Of a stretch of DNA of 64,000 bases, positions 1 to 9,154 are shown one piece after another. Source of the DNA: Giardia intestinalis. Lineage: Eukaryota. The stretch lies in assembly GCA_000002435.2 (NCBI GenBank), contig CM018792.1; one strand, 5' to 3'. A program made the position numbers and the translations under genes. The notes beneath the pieces are model-generated. The model ran no database searches, was not told the DNA's origin, and worked only from the letters and a program-made list of their open reading frames with translations. How positions within the stretch are numbered: position 1 is the stretch's first letter; each line of letters starts with the position of its first letter.

Positions 1-1
1 C

Positions 2-1660
2 ATACTGTGCCATGATGCCACGGGAGCGAATGAGAACAAGGGAGTGGCTAATTGCCTCAAGTGCACGGCACCAGCTAATAGTCCAGGGGCTGCCACGTGT
101 ACTGAGTGCATGTCTGGCTTCTCAGGAGACTCGTGTGCTACTCAATGCGGAGGAGACTGTGCCGCCTGTGATAAGAGTAACCAAAATCAGTGCACCTCTT
201 GTAAGACTGGGAAGTACCTGAAAGAGAATCAATGTGTGGAAAAAAGTGCATGTAACAACAATCACTACCCCGATGACACTAGCATGACCTGCGTCGCCTG
301 TAGCACCATACAAGATTGCACAGCATGCACAATGGACCAGTCCACGGGGAAGCCAAAGTGCACTAACTGCGGTGCCAGTAAGATCCCCAGGACGACTCTC
401 GACGGAACCTCGACCTGCGTGACAAAAGGGTATGATCAGTGTCAAGGCACAGATAAGGAGCTGTTCATGAAGGAGGACCAATCGGCGTGCTTATTATGCG
501 GAGACAATACTGAGGATACATCTGAGTCCAATAAAAACCAGGGAACTCCTAATTGCAAGACCTGTACCAAGACAGCATCCACTAAACCGGTCTGTGAGAC
601 GTGCAAGGATGGCTTCTTCTTTAATACTGGTGATAAGACATGTACAAACAAGTGCGATGCCACCTGCAAGACGTGCTCTGCTGCTACAGATGCTAACCGA
701 TGCTTAACTTGTATGCCCGGATACTTCCCCATCGATAGTACAGATCAACAAGGGAAGAAGTGCGTCCCATGCGATAGTGTGGACGACAAGGGTCGCGAAG
801 GGTGCAGTGTCTGCTCTAACACTGGTGGATTCAAGTGTACTGAATGTAAGGTGAACTATAAGAAGCAGTCCAATGGAGATGCAGGGGATGACTATACATG
901 TGTGAAGACCTGCGAGGATGAGACTGCCTGCGGGGGTACTTCTGGGGCTTGCGATGCAATAGTGATTGATGCTAATGGAAAGGAGCTTCACTATTGTTCT
1001 TATTGTGGAGAAGCTAATACGTATCCTATAGATGGGAAGTGTAATAGTGCTAAAGCAAATAATCAATGTGATCAAGGTGTATGTACACAATGCACCAACA
1101 ATTACTTCCTGTATATGAATGGTTGTTACAAGGTTAATACAGAACCAGGTAGCCTCATGTGCAAGACATCAAGTAAGGAGGGTGTCTGTACAGAAGCAGC
1201 CAACAATAAGTACTTCCTGGTCCCAGGGGCATCCAACACTGATCAATCCGTGCTAGCTTGTAGTAATCCTCTAGGCACACTAATAGGCACTGATAGTACC
1301 GCTAAGGCATACGTGGGAGTATATGGCTGCTCCCAGTGTACAGCCCCAGTAGCTCCATCTGAGACTGGTATGACCCCCGCTGTCTGTACCTCCTGTGACA
1401 GTGATAAGAAGCCCAACAGGGATGGCACTGGGTGTGTGCTGTGCTCTGACACCAACTGCAAGAGCTGTGTGGTGGACGGTGTGTGTGGGGAGTGCAGTGA
1501 TGGGTACAGTCTAGAGGGTGGCAAGTGCGTGTCCACTGGCGCCAACAGGGGCGGGCTCTCCACGGGGGCCATCGCGGGGATCTCCGTCGCTGTGGTCGTC
1601 GTCGTGGGGGGCCTCGTGGGCTTCCTCTGCTGGTGGTTCGTGTGCAGGGGGAAGGCGTAG
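2..1660 (+). CDS. Variant-specific surface protein (VSP), 5' end outside window
   Basis: The frame is open from nt 2 and the first listed M is at 44. The protein is full of CXXC motifs (e.g. CTxC). Its C-terminal TM plus tail ...GGLVGFLCWWFVCRGKA* is diagnostic of Giardia VSPs. There is no signal peptide because the 5' end is cut by the window edge. Confidence 0.9.
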   Translation: MLCHDATGANENKGVANCLKCTAPANSPGAATCTECMSGFSGDSCATQCGGDCAACDKSNQNQCTSCKTGKYLKENQCVEKSACNNNHYPDDTSMTCVACSTIQDCTACTMDQSTGKPKCTNCGASKIPRTTLDGTSTCVTKGYDQCQGTDKELFMKEDQSACLLCGDNTEDTSESNKNQGTPNCKTCTKTASTKPVCETCKDGFFFNTGDKTCTNKCDATCKTCSAATDANRCLTCMPGYFPIDSTDQQGKKCVPCDSVDDKGREGCSVCSNTGGFKCTECKVNYKKQSNGDAGDDYTCVKTCEDETACGGTSGACDAIVIDANGKELHYCSYCGEANTYPIDGKCNSAKANNQCDQGVCTQCTNNYFLYMNGCYKVNTEPGSLMCKTSSKEGVCTEAANNKYFLVPGASNTDQSVLACSNPLGTLIGTDSTAKAYVGVYGCSQCTAPVAPSETGMTPAVCTSCDSDKKPNRDGTGCVLCSDTNCKSCVVDGVCGECSDGYSLEGGKCVSTGANRGGLSTGAIAGISVAVVVVVGGLVGFLCWWFVCRGKA

Positions 1661-1677
1661 GTACTTAGGTAGTGAAT
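1540..1677 (+). repeat. Direct repeat copy 1: VSP 3' coding end plus 3' motif, roughly 90% identical to 3440-3580
   Basis: The strings gggggccatcgcggg...ctccgt...ggcttcctctgctggtggtt...gtacttaggtagt are shared with the second copy. Confidence 0.6.
1661..1677 (+). promoter_or_regulatory. VSP-type extended polyadenylation signal GTACTTAGGTAGTGAAT (AGTGAAT = AGTRAAY)
   Basis: It lies directly after the TAG stop at 1658-1660. A near-identical motif follows the second VSP at 3564-3580. Confidence 0.6.
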
Positions 1678-1721
1678 GCTATACAATGGGTGATAGTGTG
1701 ATGATAGTATGATAGTGGAGT

Positions 1722-3563
1722 GTGATATGCACAGCAGCCAAGGATGGAGTATGCACTGCTTGTAATACAGATAGTCAGTACATATTCCAGAACAAGGCAG
1801 ACAAGGTGACCCCTGGTAATGAGTGCATCCTGTGCTCTGATACTAAGGGAGCAGATGGATATACGGGAGTGGCCAACTGCGCCACATGTACAGCGCCAGC
1901 TAGTAGTACAGGACCTGCCACGTGTACAGAGTGCCAAGCAGGGTTCGTTAAGAAGGGTGATGCATGTGAGAAGTGTGATCCGTCCTGTCTGACCTGTGAG
2001 ACATCGGCGGCCCAGTGCACATCGTGTCCAGAGGGGAAGTACCTCAATGGGAATCAATGTGCTGATAACTGTGGTAATGATAAGTATGCTGATCCAGAGT
2101 CGGGAACGTGCAAGGCATGTAGTACAATAACTGATTGCACAGAATGCTCCTTTGACGAAGCTAAGGGGAAGCCGAAGTGCACAGCCTGCGGTAGTCAGAA
2201 GATCCCCAGGACGGCCCTCGACGGGACCTCGACCTGCGTCGATAAAACGCTTGAAGGATGCAAGGGCACTGACAAGGAGCTGTTCATAAAGGAGGACCAA
2301 TCGGCGTGCTTATTATGCGGAGATACTACAGGAACTAACAACGATAAGGGGATTGCTAATTGTAAGACATGCACTAAAACACAAGCTAACGCCGCACCTG
2401 TCTGTGAGACGTGCAAGGAGGGATACATTAAGAAGGGAGCTGATGCGGCCGCCACGTGTGAGGCTTGTCATCAGAACTGTGCCACATGTTCTGAAGCTAC
2501 GACAGAAAATAAGTGCCTGACCTGCAAGGAGGGGTTCTTCCTGGCCGGCACCGGCGAAGGAAAGTGCATCTCGTGCAAAGACGGGGCAGAAGGATCGTAC
2601 AAGGGAGTCCCTGGATGCGCTCGCTGCGACGCCCCGTCTGCTGCTGGACCAGCTGTGTGCAAAGCCTGTGACCACGGGTACTCTTTACAGGGAACAACGT
2701 GTGTGAAGACTTGTGAGGACCCCACGGCTTGTGGCGGGACAGCTGGAGCCTGCGATGCTATAGTAATCGACAATGATGGAGTAGAGCATCATTACTGTTC
2801 CTATTGTGGAGAGAGTGGTAAGTATCCTATCGATGGTCTCTGTGTTGATTCAAATGGAAAGCAAGGAAATACTTGTAACAACCATGTCTGTGAGTCTTGT
2901 ACTACGGGGTACTTCCTATACATGAACGGCTGCTATGATGTGTCGAAGGCTCCTGGCAACCTCATGTGCAAGACAGCAGCCAACGGGGTCTGTACTACTC
3001 CCAATGCCAACAATAGATACTTCATAGTACCAGAGGCACAGGCTACTGATCAGTCCGTGCTAGCCTGTGGCAACCCATTAGGCACATTGATAGGTACTGA
3101 TAGTACCGCTAAGGCATACGTGGGAGTGGATGGCTGCTCCCAGTGTAAAGCGCCAACACAGCTAGACACTCCTGGTATGGCTGCTGCTGTGTGTACCTCT
3201 TGTGACAGTAGTAAGAAGCCCAACAAGGACGGCAGTGGGTGCTTCACATGTGCCGTTAGTGGATGCTCGCACTGCAACAGAGACAACATGTGCGAGGCAT
3301 GTAGTAGTGGTAAGAAGGTGAGCCCTGGGAGGAAGTCATGCGTGGATGGCTGTCCCAGCAACTCCACTGACACCGACTCTGTCTGTGTGTGCAGTGATGG
3401 ATACAGCCCTGATGATGCTGGGACCTCCTGTGTGTCCTCTGGCGCCAACAGGAGCGGGCTCTCCACGGGGGCCATCGCGGGCATCTCCGTGGCTGTCATC
3501 GCTGTCGTGGGGGGCCTCGTCGGCTTCCTCTGCTGGTGGTTCCTCTGCCGGGGGAAGGCATAA
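1722..3563 (+). CDS. VSP paralog, 5'-truncated (no ATG, no signal peptide); possible pseudogene or recombination cassette
   Basis: The 613-aa CXXC-rich ORF ends ...GGLVGFLCWWFLCRGKA*. The frame opens only at 1716, after an in-frame TAG at 1713-1715. The ORF-track start is a GTG, and there is no in-frame ATG for hundreds of codons. It shares long blocks with VSP1 (IPRTxLDGTSTCV, KELFxKEDQSACLLCGD, TCEDxTACGGTxGACDAIVID, YFLYMNGCY, TDQSVLACxNPLGTLIGTDSTAKAYVGV). Confidence 0.75.
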   Translation: MICTAAKDGVCTACNTDSQYIFQNKADKVTPGNECILCSDTKGADGYTGVANCATCTAPASSTGPATCTECQAGFVKKGDACEKCDPSCLTCETSAAQCTSCPEGKYLNGNQCADNCGNDKYADPESGTCKACSTITDCTECSFDEAKGKPKCTACGSQKIPRTALDGTSTCVDKTLEGCKGTDKELFIKEDQSACLLCGDTTGTNNDKGIANCKTCTKTQANAAPVCETCKEGYIKKGADAAATCEACHQNCATCSEATTENKCLTCKEGFFLAGTGEGKCISCKDGAEGSYKGVPGCARCDAPSAAGPAVCKACDHGYSLQGTTCVKTCEDPTACGGTAGACDAIVIDNDGVEHHYCSYCGESGKYPIDGLCVDSNGKQGNTCNNHVCESCTTGYFLYMNGCYDVSKAPGNLMCKTAANGVCTTPNANNRYFIVPEAQATDQSVLACGNPLGTLIGTDSTAKAYVGVDGCSQCKAPTQLDTPGMAAAVCTSCDSSKKPNKDGSGCFTCAVSGCSHCNRDNMCEACSSGKKVSPGRKSCVDGCPSNSTDTDSVCVCSDGYSPDDAGTSCVSSGANRSGLSTGAIAGISVAVIAVVGGLVGFLCWWFLCRGKA

Positions 3564-3580
3564 GTACTTAGGTAGTAAAT
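3440..3580 (+). repeat. Direct repeat copy 2 (VSP 3' end plus GTACTTAGGTAGTAAAT poly(A) motif)
   Basis: See copy 1. The TAA stop is at 3561-3563 and the motif at 3564-3580. Confidence 0.6.
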
Positions 3581-3767
3581 GCGTCACTAGTGGTGCAGCT
3601 GCCTGACAAGCGGGTATGCCTCATATACTTCACCAGCCAGCCTGCAACTGGGAGCAGGGGTGGCCGCTCCCCTGCCCCCGAGCGTGCTCTGCACAGCGCC
3701 GTTGACACCGTCATGGCCGGGGACGGTGCACTCGATATTCCGTGTTCGCTCTTGACGAGCTGCATCG

Positions 3768-4260
3768 ATGCGAGGAGGGGTGCTTGATGTGGGCAGTTTT
3801 GGTACTGTCCATGCGATAGGTAGCTATCCAAGACTCAGAGTAGGAAGCTCACGGAGGCCACTGAAGTTGCGCTGGCCACCATTTCCAGACGCTCACACCC
3901 AGGCGTCATTAGGCACTACCGGATGCTCAGAGACGCTCACTCCATCGTCATCGTCATGGACCGCTGGGATCGGTGCCTCAAGATGTGATTGCCGATTGTG
4001 CAAGAACCGGTAACCCTACCGATACAGTGCTCTCCATCATGGAGCAGATCGCCATCATCCTCGCCTACCTTCACGACCCCGACAAGGTCGATGCCAGTAG
4101 AGATGGCAGGCTCAGCTCTTGCGGACTTCGGGCTCTGAAGGATGTCCTGCACAATGGGAGTGCCATTTTGGGAACCAAGCATACATGGCCCCCAAGACCC
4201 ACCTCAGGGGCGAGGCCGGCCCTACGTCAGACGTCGAGTCTTCGGTGCTATTGCCTATGA
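3768..4260 (+). pseudogene. Possible degenerate, frameshifted protein-kinase (NEK-like) remnant
   Basis: The frame from 3768 has LDVGSFGTVHAIGS, which resembles the kinase glycine loop (compare IGSGSFGKVHKV in the NEK at 52002). A different frame (3973..4260) has IAIILAYLHDPDKVDASRDGRL...SCGLRAL...ILGTKHTW, reminiscent of subdomains VI-VIII, but the HRD/DFG residues are degenerate. The pieces are split across frames. Confidence 0.25.
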
Positions 4261-4990
4261 GCTCTTCACTTTCAAATGCCTGATCTCCTGGGAGCAGCAC
4301 CCGAGGAATGTCTTCGTTAATGGGTGGAAGCTCAGACTGAGTGCAGTTGAAGATGAGTTCACAAGAGCCTCGAGAAAGTGCTCACCAGACTATTCTAGGC
4401 ATTCAGTTCCTCTGCTAGTAGATGTAGTACTCGAGACGTGGACCGGGAATACAGGTCACTCGATTGCACCTTGTATAGTACCAGTCATGAGGCTGACCCT
4501 CCTAAACACTGGTTTATCAGTAATAAAGAGCAAGCCTTCCAGGAACCTACACCGAGCAATCCCACACTCACAAAGGCTCTCTCACAAGCATGGCTCTAGC
4601 TGCTAGAAGTTGCGTTATCAGACTTTCTAACTCTAGAGCTCGTCAAGCTATAGGTAGTTAGAATTCATTGGGGTTAAGGAGCAAACCATTAAAAGCAACA
4701 AAGTGATTGAGCTCTACTAACAGTTCACCAGCTCAGAGGGAGGTTAGATGGGTGTAGAGCATTAGGGAGGCTAATCGATAAAGAGCTCATTCGGAAATGA
4801 ACACCTGGCAAAGGACGTTACATACCAACTGGCCCGTAGTCGTTGAGAACAGTGGCGCTAACGTCTTAAGAGCGAAAAGTAAATCTTCTACAAATGTACA
4901 TGCTGGCATTCATTAGCTGTGTCCAATGAATAATTAATAAATGACAAATCAACTTGTAATGATTCTAAATCAATTGTCCCTCAAAAACAA

Positions 4991-5548
4991 ATGCACCATC
5001 CGACGATCTACTGGGCGCAACGCAAGGACGTTGTCTACATGAGGCTCTCTGTATCCTCTGCCACAGACGTGAAGTTCAAGATCGCCGAGGAAACGATTCA
5101 CTTTGCTTGCAAGAGTGGTGGGAATGACTATGCCTGCAAGCTCACTCTTTTTGCACCGATCAATCCGGACGAGTCCAAATATAAAGTGACTGGCCCCTGC
5201 ATAGAGTCGATTCTTCAGAAGAAAGAGGCGAGCGATGAGTTTTGGACTAGTTTGACAAAGACCAAGCTGCCTTACGTGCGCATCGATTGGGACCGCTGGG
5301 TCGACGAGGGCGAGGACGAGAACACCGCAGGGGCGCTCCCCAACCCCAACGACATGGATTTTGCTAGTATGATGAAGAACATGGGCGGTGGAATGCCCGG
5401 CCTGGACGGGATGAACTTCGATCCCAGCAACTTCAAGATGCCGGAGGGTGCCGACTTCGGAGATGAGGAGGACGACGACAACAAAGACGAAGAGGACGGG
5501 CCCGACGAGGAGAAGAAGGAGTCTGGCGAAGAGAAGGCAGAGGAGTAA
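4991..5548 (+). CDS. HSP90 co-chaperone p23 / CS-domain protein (Sba1-like)
   Basis: The N-terminus WAQRKDVVYMRLSV...VKFKI...IHFACKSGGNDYACKLTLFAPINPDESKYKVTGPCIESILQKKE...W matches the p23 CS-domain pattern, and the C-terminal tail is acidic DE-rich. The ATG at 4991 has AT-rich upstream sequence. Confidence 0.8.
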   Translation: MHHPTIYWAQRKDVVYMRLSVSSATDVKFKIAEETIHFACKSGGNDYACKLTLFAPINPDESKYKVTGPCIESILQKKEASDEFWTSLTKTKLPYVRIDWDRWVDEGEDENTAGALPNPNDMDFASMMKNMGGGMPGLDGMNFDPSNFKMPEGADFGDEEDDDNKDEEDGPDEEKKESGEEKAEE

Positions 5549-5568
5549 ATGCCTGGCAATTATTTACT
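5544..5568. promoter_or_regulatory. Shared convergent poly(A) signals: AGTAAAT (+, overlapping the p23 TAA) and AGTAAAT (-, complement of 5562-5568, 17 nt after the RPL10 stop)
   Basis: gagTAAatgcctggcaattATTTACTtg is a near-palindromic pair of AGTRAAY elements in the 36-nt intergenic region. Confidence 0.5.
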
Positions 5569-5584
5569 TGTGCTTGGGACCCGA

Positions 5585-6217
5585 TCAGAGCTTCAAGTTG
5601 AGGGGCCCCTTCCTTGAGATCCTGTGGGCGTTATTCCCGTCATACTGGAGCTCTCCCCTCTCCCTCAAGTCCTCATACTCCTCCTTCGTGAACTCTGTGA
5701 AGCCCCAGTTCCTGGACTCGACGATGGCCTGGCGACCCGGGATCTTGAACTTGGCACGCCTGAGCGCATCCTTTACATAGTCCTTGGCGCTGGCCCTGCA
5801 CCTAACCGAGAGCAGAGGCTGGCCGATGGAGACTCGCGCAACAGTGCCTTGGGGCTTCCCCCACGCTCCACGCATCCCCGTCTGCAAGCGATCGGCGCCA
5901 GCGCACGAGAGCATCTTGTTGATGCGGATCACGTGGAACGGGTGGACACGAATGCGGAGGTGGAACGAATCTTTCCCTGCCTTCTTTGCGATGTACTTGT
6001 TGCAGGCAATACGACACGCCTCCAAAGCTTCCGAGGAGACCTGCTCCTTCTCTCCTGAAAGAAGGTGGAAGCAGTACGGGAAGTCGTTAACCTTCGCCCT
6101 GCGGTTTCCGAGGTCAAAGTATCGGATTTTTGGGTCAGGAACCCCACGGCAGAAGCGCGACTTGGGGTACGGCTTGTTCTTCTGATAGCGGTAGCAACGT
6201 GCTGGTCTGCGTCCCAT
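5585..6217 (-). CDS. RPL10: 60S ribosomal protein L10 (uL16/QM)
   Basis: [37 protein letters not shown]...[38 protein letters not shown] is near-identical to eukaryotic RPL10. Confidence 0.95.
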   Translation of the reverse strand: MGRRPARCYRYQKNKPYPKSRFCRGVPDPKIRYFDLGNRRAKVNDFPYCFHLLSGEKEQVSSEALEACRIACNKYIAKKAGKDSFHLRIRVHPFHVIRINKMLSCAGADRLQTGMRGAWGKPQGTVARVSIGQPLLSVRCRASAKDYVKDALRRAKFKIPGRQAIVESRNWGFTEFTKEEYEDLRERGELQYDGNNAHRISRKGPLNLKL

Positions 6218-6301
6218 CTCGGGGGAGTCTTATAAACTCGTATGAAAGTGAATTTAAATTTGTTTACAATTCTTGGAGAGGTGTCGAACAGATGAAGATA
6301 G

Positions 6302-6556
6302 ATGAACATGCTAGAGAGGAATGGCACCATACTTTTTTCCGAGATTGACGATCGCTTAACTAGTCAGCAAATTCGGGAGGCCCTGTTTGTCGCGTGCAGT
6401 AGTTTTGGCCCTGTTCTCCGTGTCTCGTCGAACCGTAAAGCTCTTCGTGGCAAGGCATTTGTCGTCTTTCTTTGCTTTCCAGACGCCGTGGCCTGTGCCG
6501 CACGGCTCCATGGCACTTCGTTCTTGTCAGCCTCTCTCAATGCACAAATAGTCTAG
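6302..6556 (+). CDS. Single-RRM protein resembling the U1A/U2B'' snRNP N-terminal RRM
   Basis: TILFSEI...IREALFVACSSFGPVLRVS...ALRGKAFVVF...AVACAARLHGTSF parallels U1A TIYINNL...[30 protein letters not shown]...ALRSMQGFPF. The protein is only 84 aa. Confidence 0.65.
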   Translation: MNMLERNGTILFSEIDDRLTSQQIREALFVACSSFGPVLRVSSNRKALRGKAFVVFLCFPDAVACAARLHGTSFLSASLNAQIV

Positions 6557-6566
6557 CATTACCGGA

Positions 6567-7073
6567 TTATGTTTCGTTGCTTTTGAGTATTGCTGCTGCA
6601 TATGCTACGCCAAGCAGTCCGGCTGCACCATATGTGATCATTGTGAAGGTAATAATATAATATACCTTCCCGCCATGGAAATCTAGCAAGATAAAGTCCC
6701 AGATAAGGCCTAGACAGATGGGAATGACGACTGAACGGATGGACATGGTTGCCAAGAATATCGTTAAGGGCTCTGGAGGCGTCGGAATCTCAAGCCTGCG
6801 CAAACACTGATTGGTTCTTTTCCTGGTGAAGTATGTTGTGATGGATATGACGACGGCGTTGAATAGAGAGACACCGATGATGACAATTAACGCTATAGGA
6901 ATGCTATATTTAATATACCCAGTCAACTCATTCTGCAGGAAGTTATTAGTTAGTCCGAAGTATGCCAATATGAACAGCGCATTGCTACTTAGGAGGTTAT
7001 CTAGTCTAGCTACTGTGATCAGCTCCTGGTGCTCAATCCTCTCTATCGTCCACTTTGCAGTGTGAATCTGCAT
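6567..7073 (-). CDS. Hypothetical multi-pass membrane protein
   Basis: The 168-aa ORF has an ATG at 7071-7073 and 4-5 hydrophobic segments. No recognised family. Confidence 0.55.
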   Translation of the reverse strand: MQIHTAKWTIERIEHQELITVARLDNLLSSNALFILAYFGLTNNFLQNELTGYIKYSIPIALIVIIGVSLFNAVVISITTYFTRKRTNQCLRRLEIPTPPEPLTIFLATMSIRSVVIPICLGLIWDFILLDFHGGKVYYIITFTMITYGAAGLLGVAYAAAILKSNET

Positions 7074-7158
7074 TTTCCACCCCTAGACGCATCTACAGCG
7101 AAGGGCACCTGTTTACTTCTCCTTACCAACTGATCACTGTACAGCAACTTACAGTGCC

Positions 7159-7629
7159 TTACTCCACAATCTCCTCGTACACTTTGCACCACTCTTTCAT
7201 ACGCTCCAAGAAGGGAGCACTTGTAATAGCCTTCTTAGCTTCCCCGACAAGGTCAGGTGCGTATTTGGCTGGATCTGTTACTTTGAAGGTGAACTCCCAA
7301 TCTTCTGGCTCCGTGTCACAAAACGGCTCGAGGACAGCAGTTCCCTCCAGGGGATCTTTGTCTGCAGCCTTGTAGGTCACATTCATCTTAATCTTGAAGT
7401 CATAGGAAGATCTCAGCTTCCCCTTGCGCACATTCTTGAAGGCCTCACCTTTCGCCTCCGTAACAGACACATCAATGACTTCTGTCCCACTCAACGTGTG
7501 CTGGAACGTGAGTCGCTTCTTTATCTCTGTAATAGCCCAATCAGTAAAATCCTTCTCAGACCAATGCCACCCGTTGATGTTGTGAGCACTAGGACTAGCC
7601 ATCAATTTTCCTTTAATTGATCTTAGCAT
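7159..7629 (-). CDS. Aha1 N-terminal-domain protein (activator of Hsp90 ATPase, Hch1-like short form)
   Basis: NINGWHWSEKD matches the Aha1 signature NVNNWHWTERD, and EAFKNVRKGKLRSSYDFKIKMNV matches EASINNRKGKLIFFYEWSVKLNW. At 147-156 aa it has only the N-domain. An alternative ATG lies at 7602. Confidence 0.8.
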   Translation of the reverse strand: MLRSIKGKLMASPSAHNINGWHWSEKDFTDWAITEIKKRLTFQHTLSGTEVIDVSVTEAKGEAFKNVRKGKLRSSYDFKIKMNVTYKAADKDPLEGTAVLEPFCDTEPEDWEFTFKVTDPAKYAPDLVGEAKKAITSAPFLERMKEWCKVYEEIVE

Positions 7630-7720
7630 CCATCTAATGTTGTGCCAAATAAATTAAAATATGGAATGCTGAAAAGTTCCAAGATCTAAATTCCTAAGCC
7701 CGGGACCTAAATTCCAACCA

Positions 7721-8374
7721 ATGCCTTTTACAACGAAGAGTATCGTGCATGAGACAATGATGGCCCCCGGGGTCGAAAACCGCCAGCATGCCTTCGGCGT
7801 GTTCATGGACACATTCAATGCGATGAGGAACTACTTTTTGGAGCACTATGAGAAGGGCATAGGGATGTTCATTCCTAGCCTTGGTGCCTTTTTCTTTGAT
7901 AACATCCACGACGCTAGAACAGACCGCCCAGCCAGAATCCCCCGCTTCGTATTTCTTTCACATTTTCTCACCCGATCGGGGTTGCAGTGTCCCAAAGATC
8001 AGAACGCAGACACGCTCAATCTCAACATGGGTAGCCTCTTTGAAACAAAGGGTCCGATGCATCGTATAAACTGGACAACTGTGGCCGGAAAGGCAGGCCT
8101 CACCCCTGCAGATTGCAAGGAAGCGTGGGACCTCTTATTGAAGACTCTACAAAGTAATATCCTTTCCGGGGTAGATGGCTCTATAGATTTCGGCATTGGA
8201 ACCTTTACAACAACCAATTTCAGAGGGGGTATGAAGCTTAAGAAGTGGGTGCAAGCAGACCTTTGCAACAATGGAACCCTGGGCGTTGTTAAAACTAACC
8301 AGGCCATGACAACATTGGGGACATTCAGGGTTACTGAACAGCTTCCTCGTGGGACGACCATAATTCGCAAATAA
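7721..8374 (+). CDS. Hypothetical protein (217 aa)
   Basis: Clean ATG ORF with a protein-like composition. No family recognised. Confidence 0.5.
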   Translation: MPFTTKSIVHETMMAPGVENRQHAFGVFMDTFNAMRNYFLEHYEKGIGMFIPSLGAFFFDNIHDARTDRPARIPRFVFLSHFLTRSGLQCPKDQNADTLNLNMGSLFETKGPMHRINWTTVAGKAGLTPADCKEAWDLLLKTLQSNILSGVDGSIDFGIGTFTTTNFRGGMKLKKWVQADLCNNGTLGVVKTNQAMTTLGTFRVTEQLPRGTTIIRK

Positions 8375-8407
8375 CTCTGCTTGAAGGCGTGAAGAAGGAA
8401 ACGATCT

Positions 8408-9154
8408 TTATATGTTTGTAGATTGGGACTTAGATTGGGCTTTGGACCTTGACCGCTGCTTTTTTGTGCCATACATGCATTGCTTGATCTGGACAGCAGA
8501 CTCTTCGCAACTTCGTAACTCACCCAGGGTAAGCTTGTCCCATTGATCGAATGTTAACAAAATCTGCGCAAACTGATCTTTGAGACTTGTCTTGAGTTGG
8601 GTGATTAAATGTCGCTGAATAAACTGGCGAATGATGTTGGATTCTTTGTTATAGATTATCTCTACTGTAGTGCATGACACATTTGATTCGGCTCCGCAGA
8701 TCCAGTCGTGGGGGATTTTGAGTGTAAGTTCGTCTCTTTGTCGCTTTCTCAAGCAATCTGCGGGTACATCAACGGTCTCCAAATGTTCATTGTCTAACCA
8801 ATTTGGCGCCGGCTCCCCACAATAGCAATCCTGAAAATGGAACCTCATTTCTACTGTGACCCGAGGGTTTCCATAAGGACTCCTTGCCACATAGATTGAA
8901 TAGGGAAACTCAGTAGTGGAATAAATCTTTGTCTTGATCCCTTGATACGCTAAAGGCAGATTGATGTACTCTGGAATATCCTTGAAATGGACCCGGCTTG
9001 CTGAGATTACTCCAGATTGACTTCCAGGCAGATGCTGAATTAGCAGAAGGCGCCTTTGATCCCCAGGAAAGCCTCTGGCTGTAACAAAGCGGAGCCCTAT
9101 ACTAGTTTGTAACGCAGTGAGGGGCATCAGAAAAGAAATGGCCTGTGTTTGCAT
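8408..9154 (-). CDS. Hypothetical protein (about 248 aa; ORF open to 9223 but the first ATG is at 9154)
   Basis: The track start at 9223 is TTG. The ATG at 9152-9154 is preceded by GGATTTTAAA (AT-rich initiator context). Confidence 0.5.
   Translation of the reverse strand: MQTQAISFLMPLTALQTSIGLRFVTARGFPGDQRRLLLIQHLPGSQSGVISASRVHFKDIPEYINLPLAYQGIKTKIYSTTEFPYSIYVARSPYGNPRVTVEMRFHFQDCYCGEPAPNWLDNEHLETVDVPADCLRKRQRDELTLKIPHDWICGAESNVSCTTVEIIYNKESNIIRQFIQRHLITQLKTSLKDQFAQILLTFDQWDKLTLGELRSCEESAVQIKQCMYGTKKQRSRSKAQSKSQSTNI

Noticed and set aside
122-3587. Multiple minus-strand and alternate-frame ORFs overlapping the two VSP genes (122..481, 442..732, 704..1090, 1243..1686, 1665..2300, 2313..2675, 3050..3499 and others)
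   Set aside because: They are antisense or shadow frames of Cys-codon-rich VSP coding sequence and have no independent support.
5624-6330. Plus- and minus-strand ORFs overlapping RPL10 (5624..6058, 5784..6185, 5929..6330)
   Set aside because: They overlap a highly conserved ribosomal protein gene in other frames and are artifacts.
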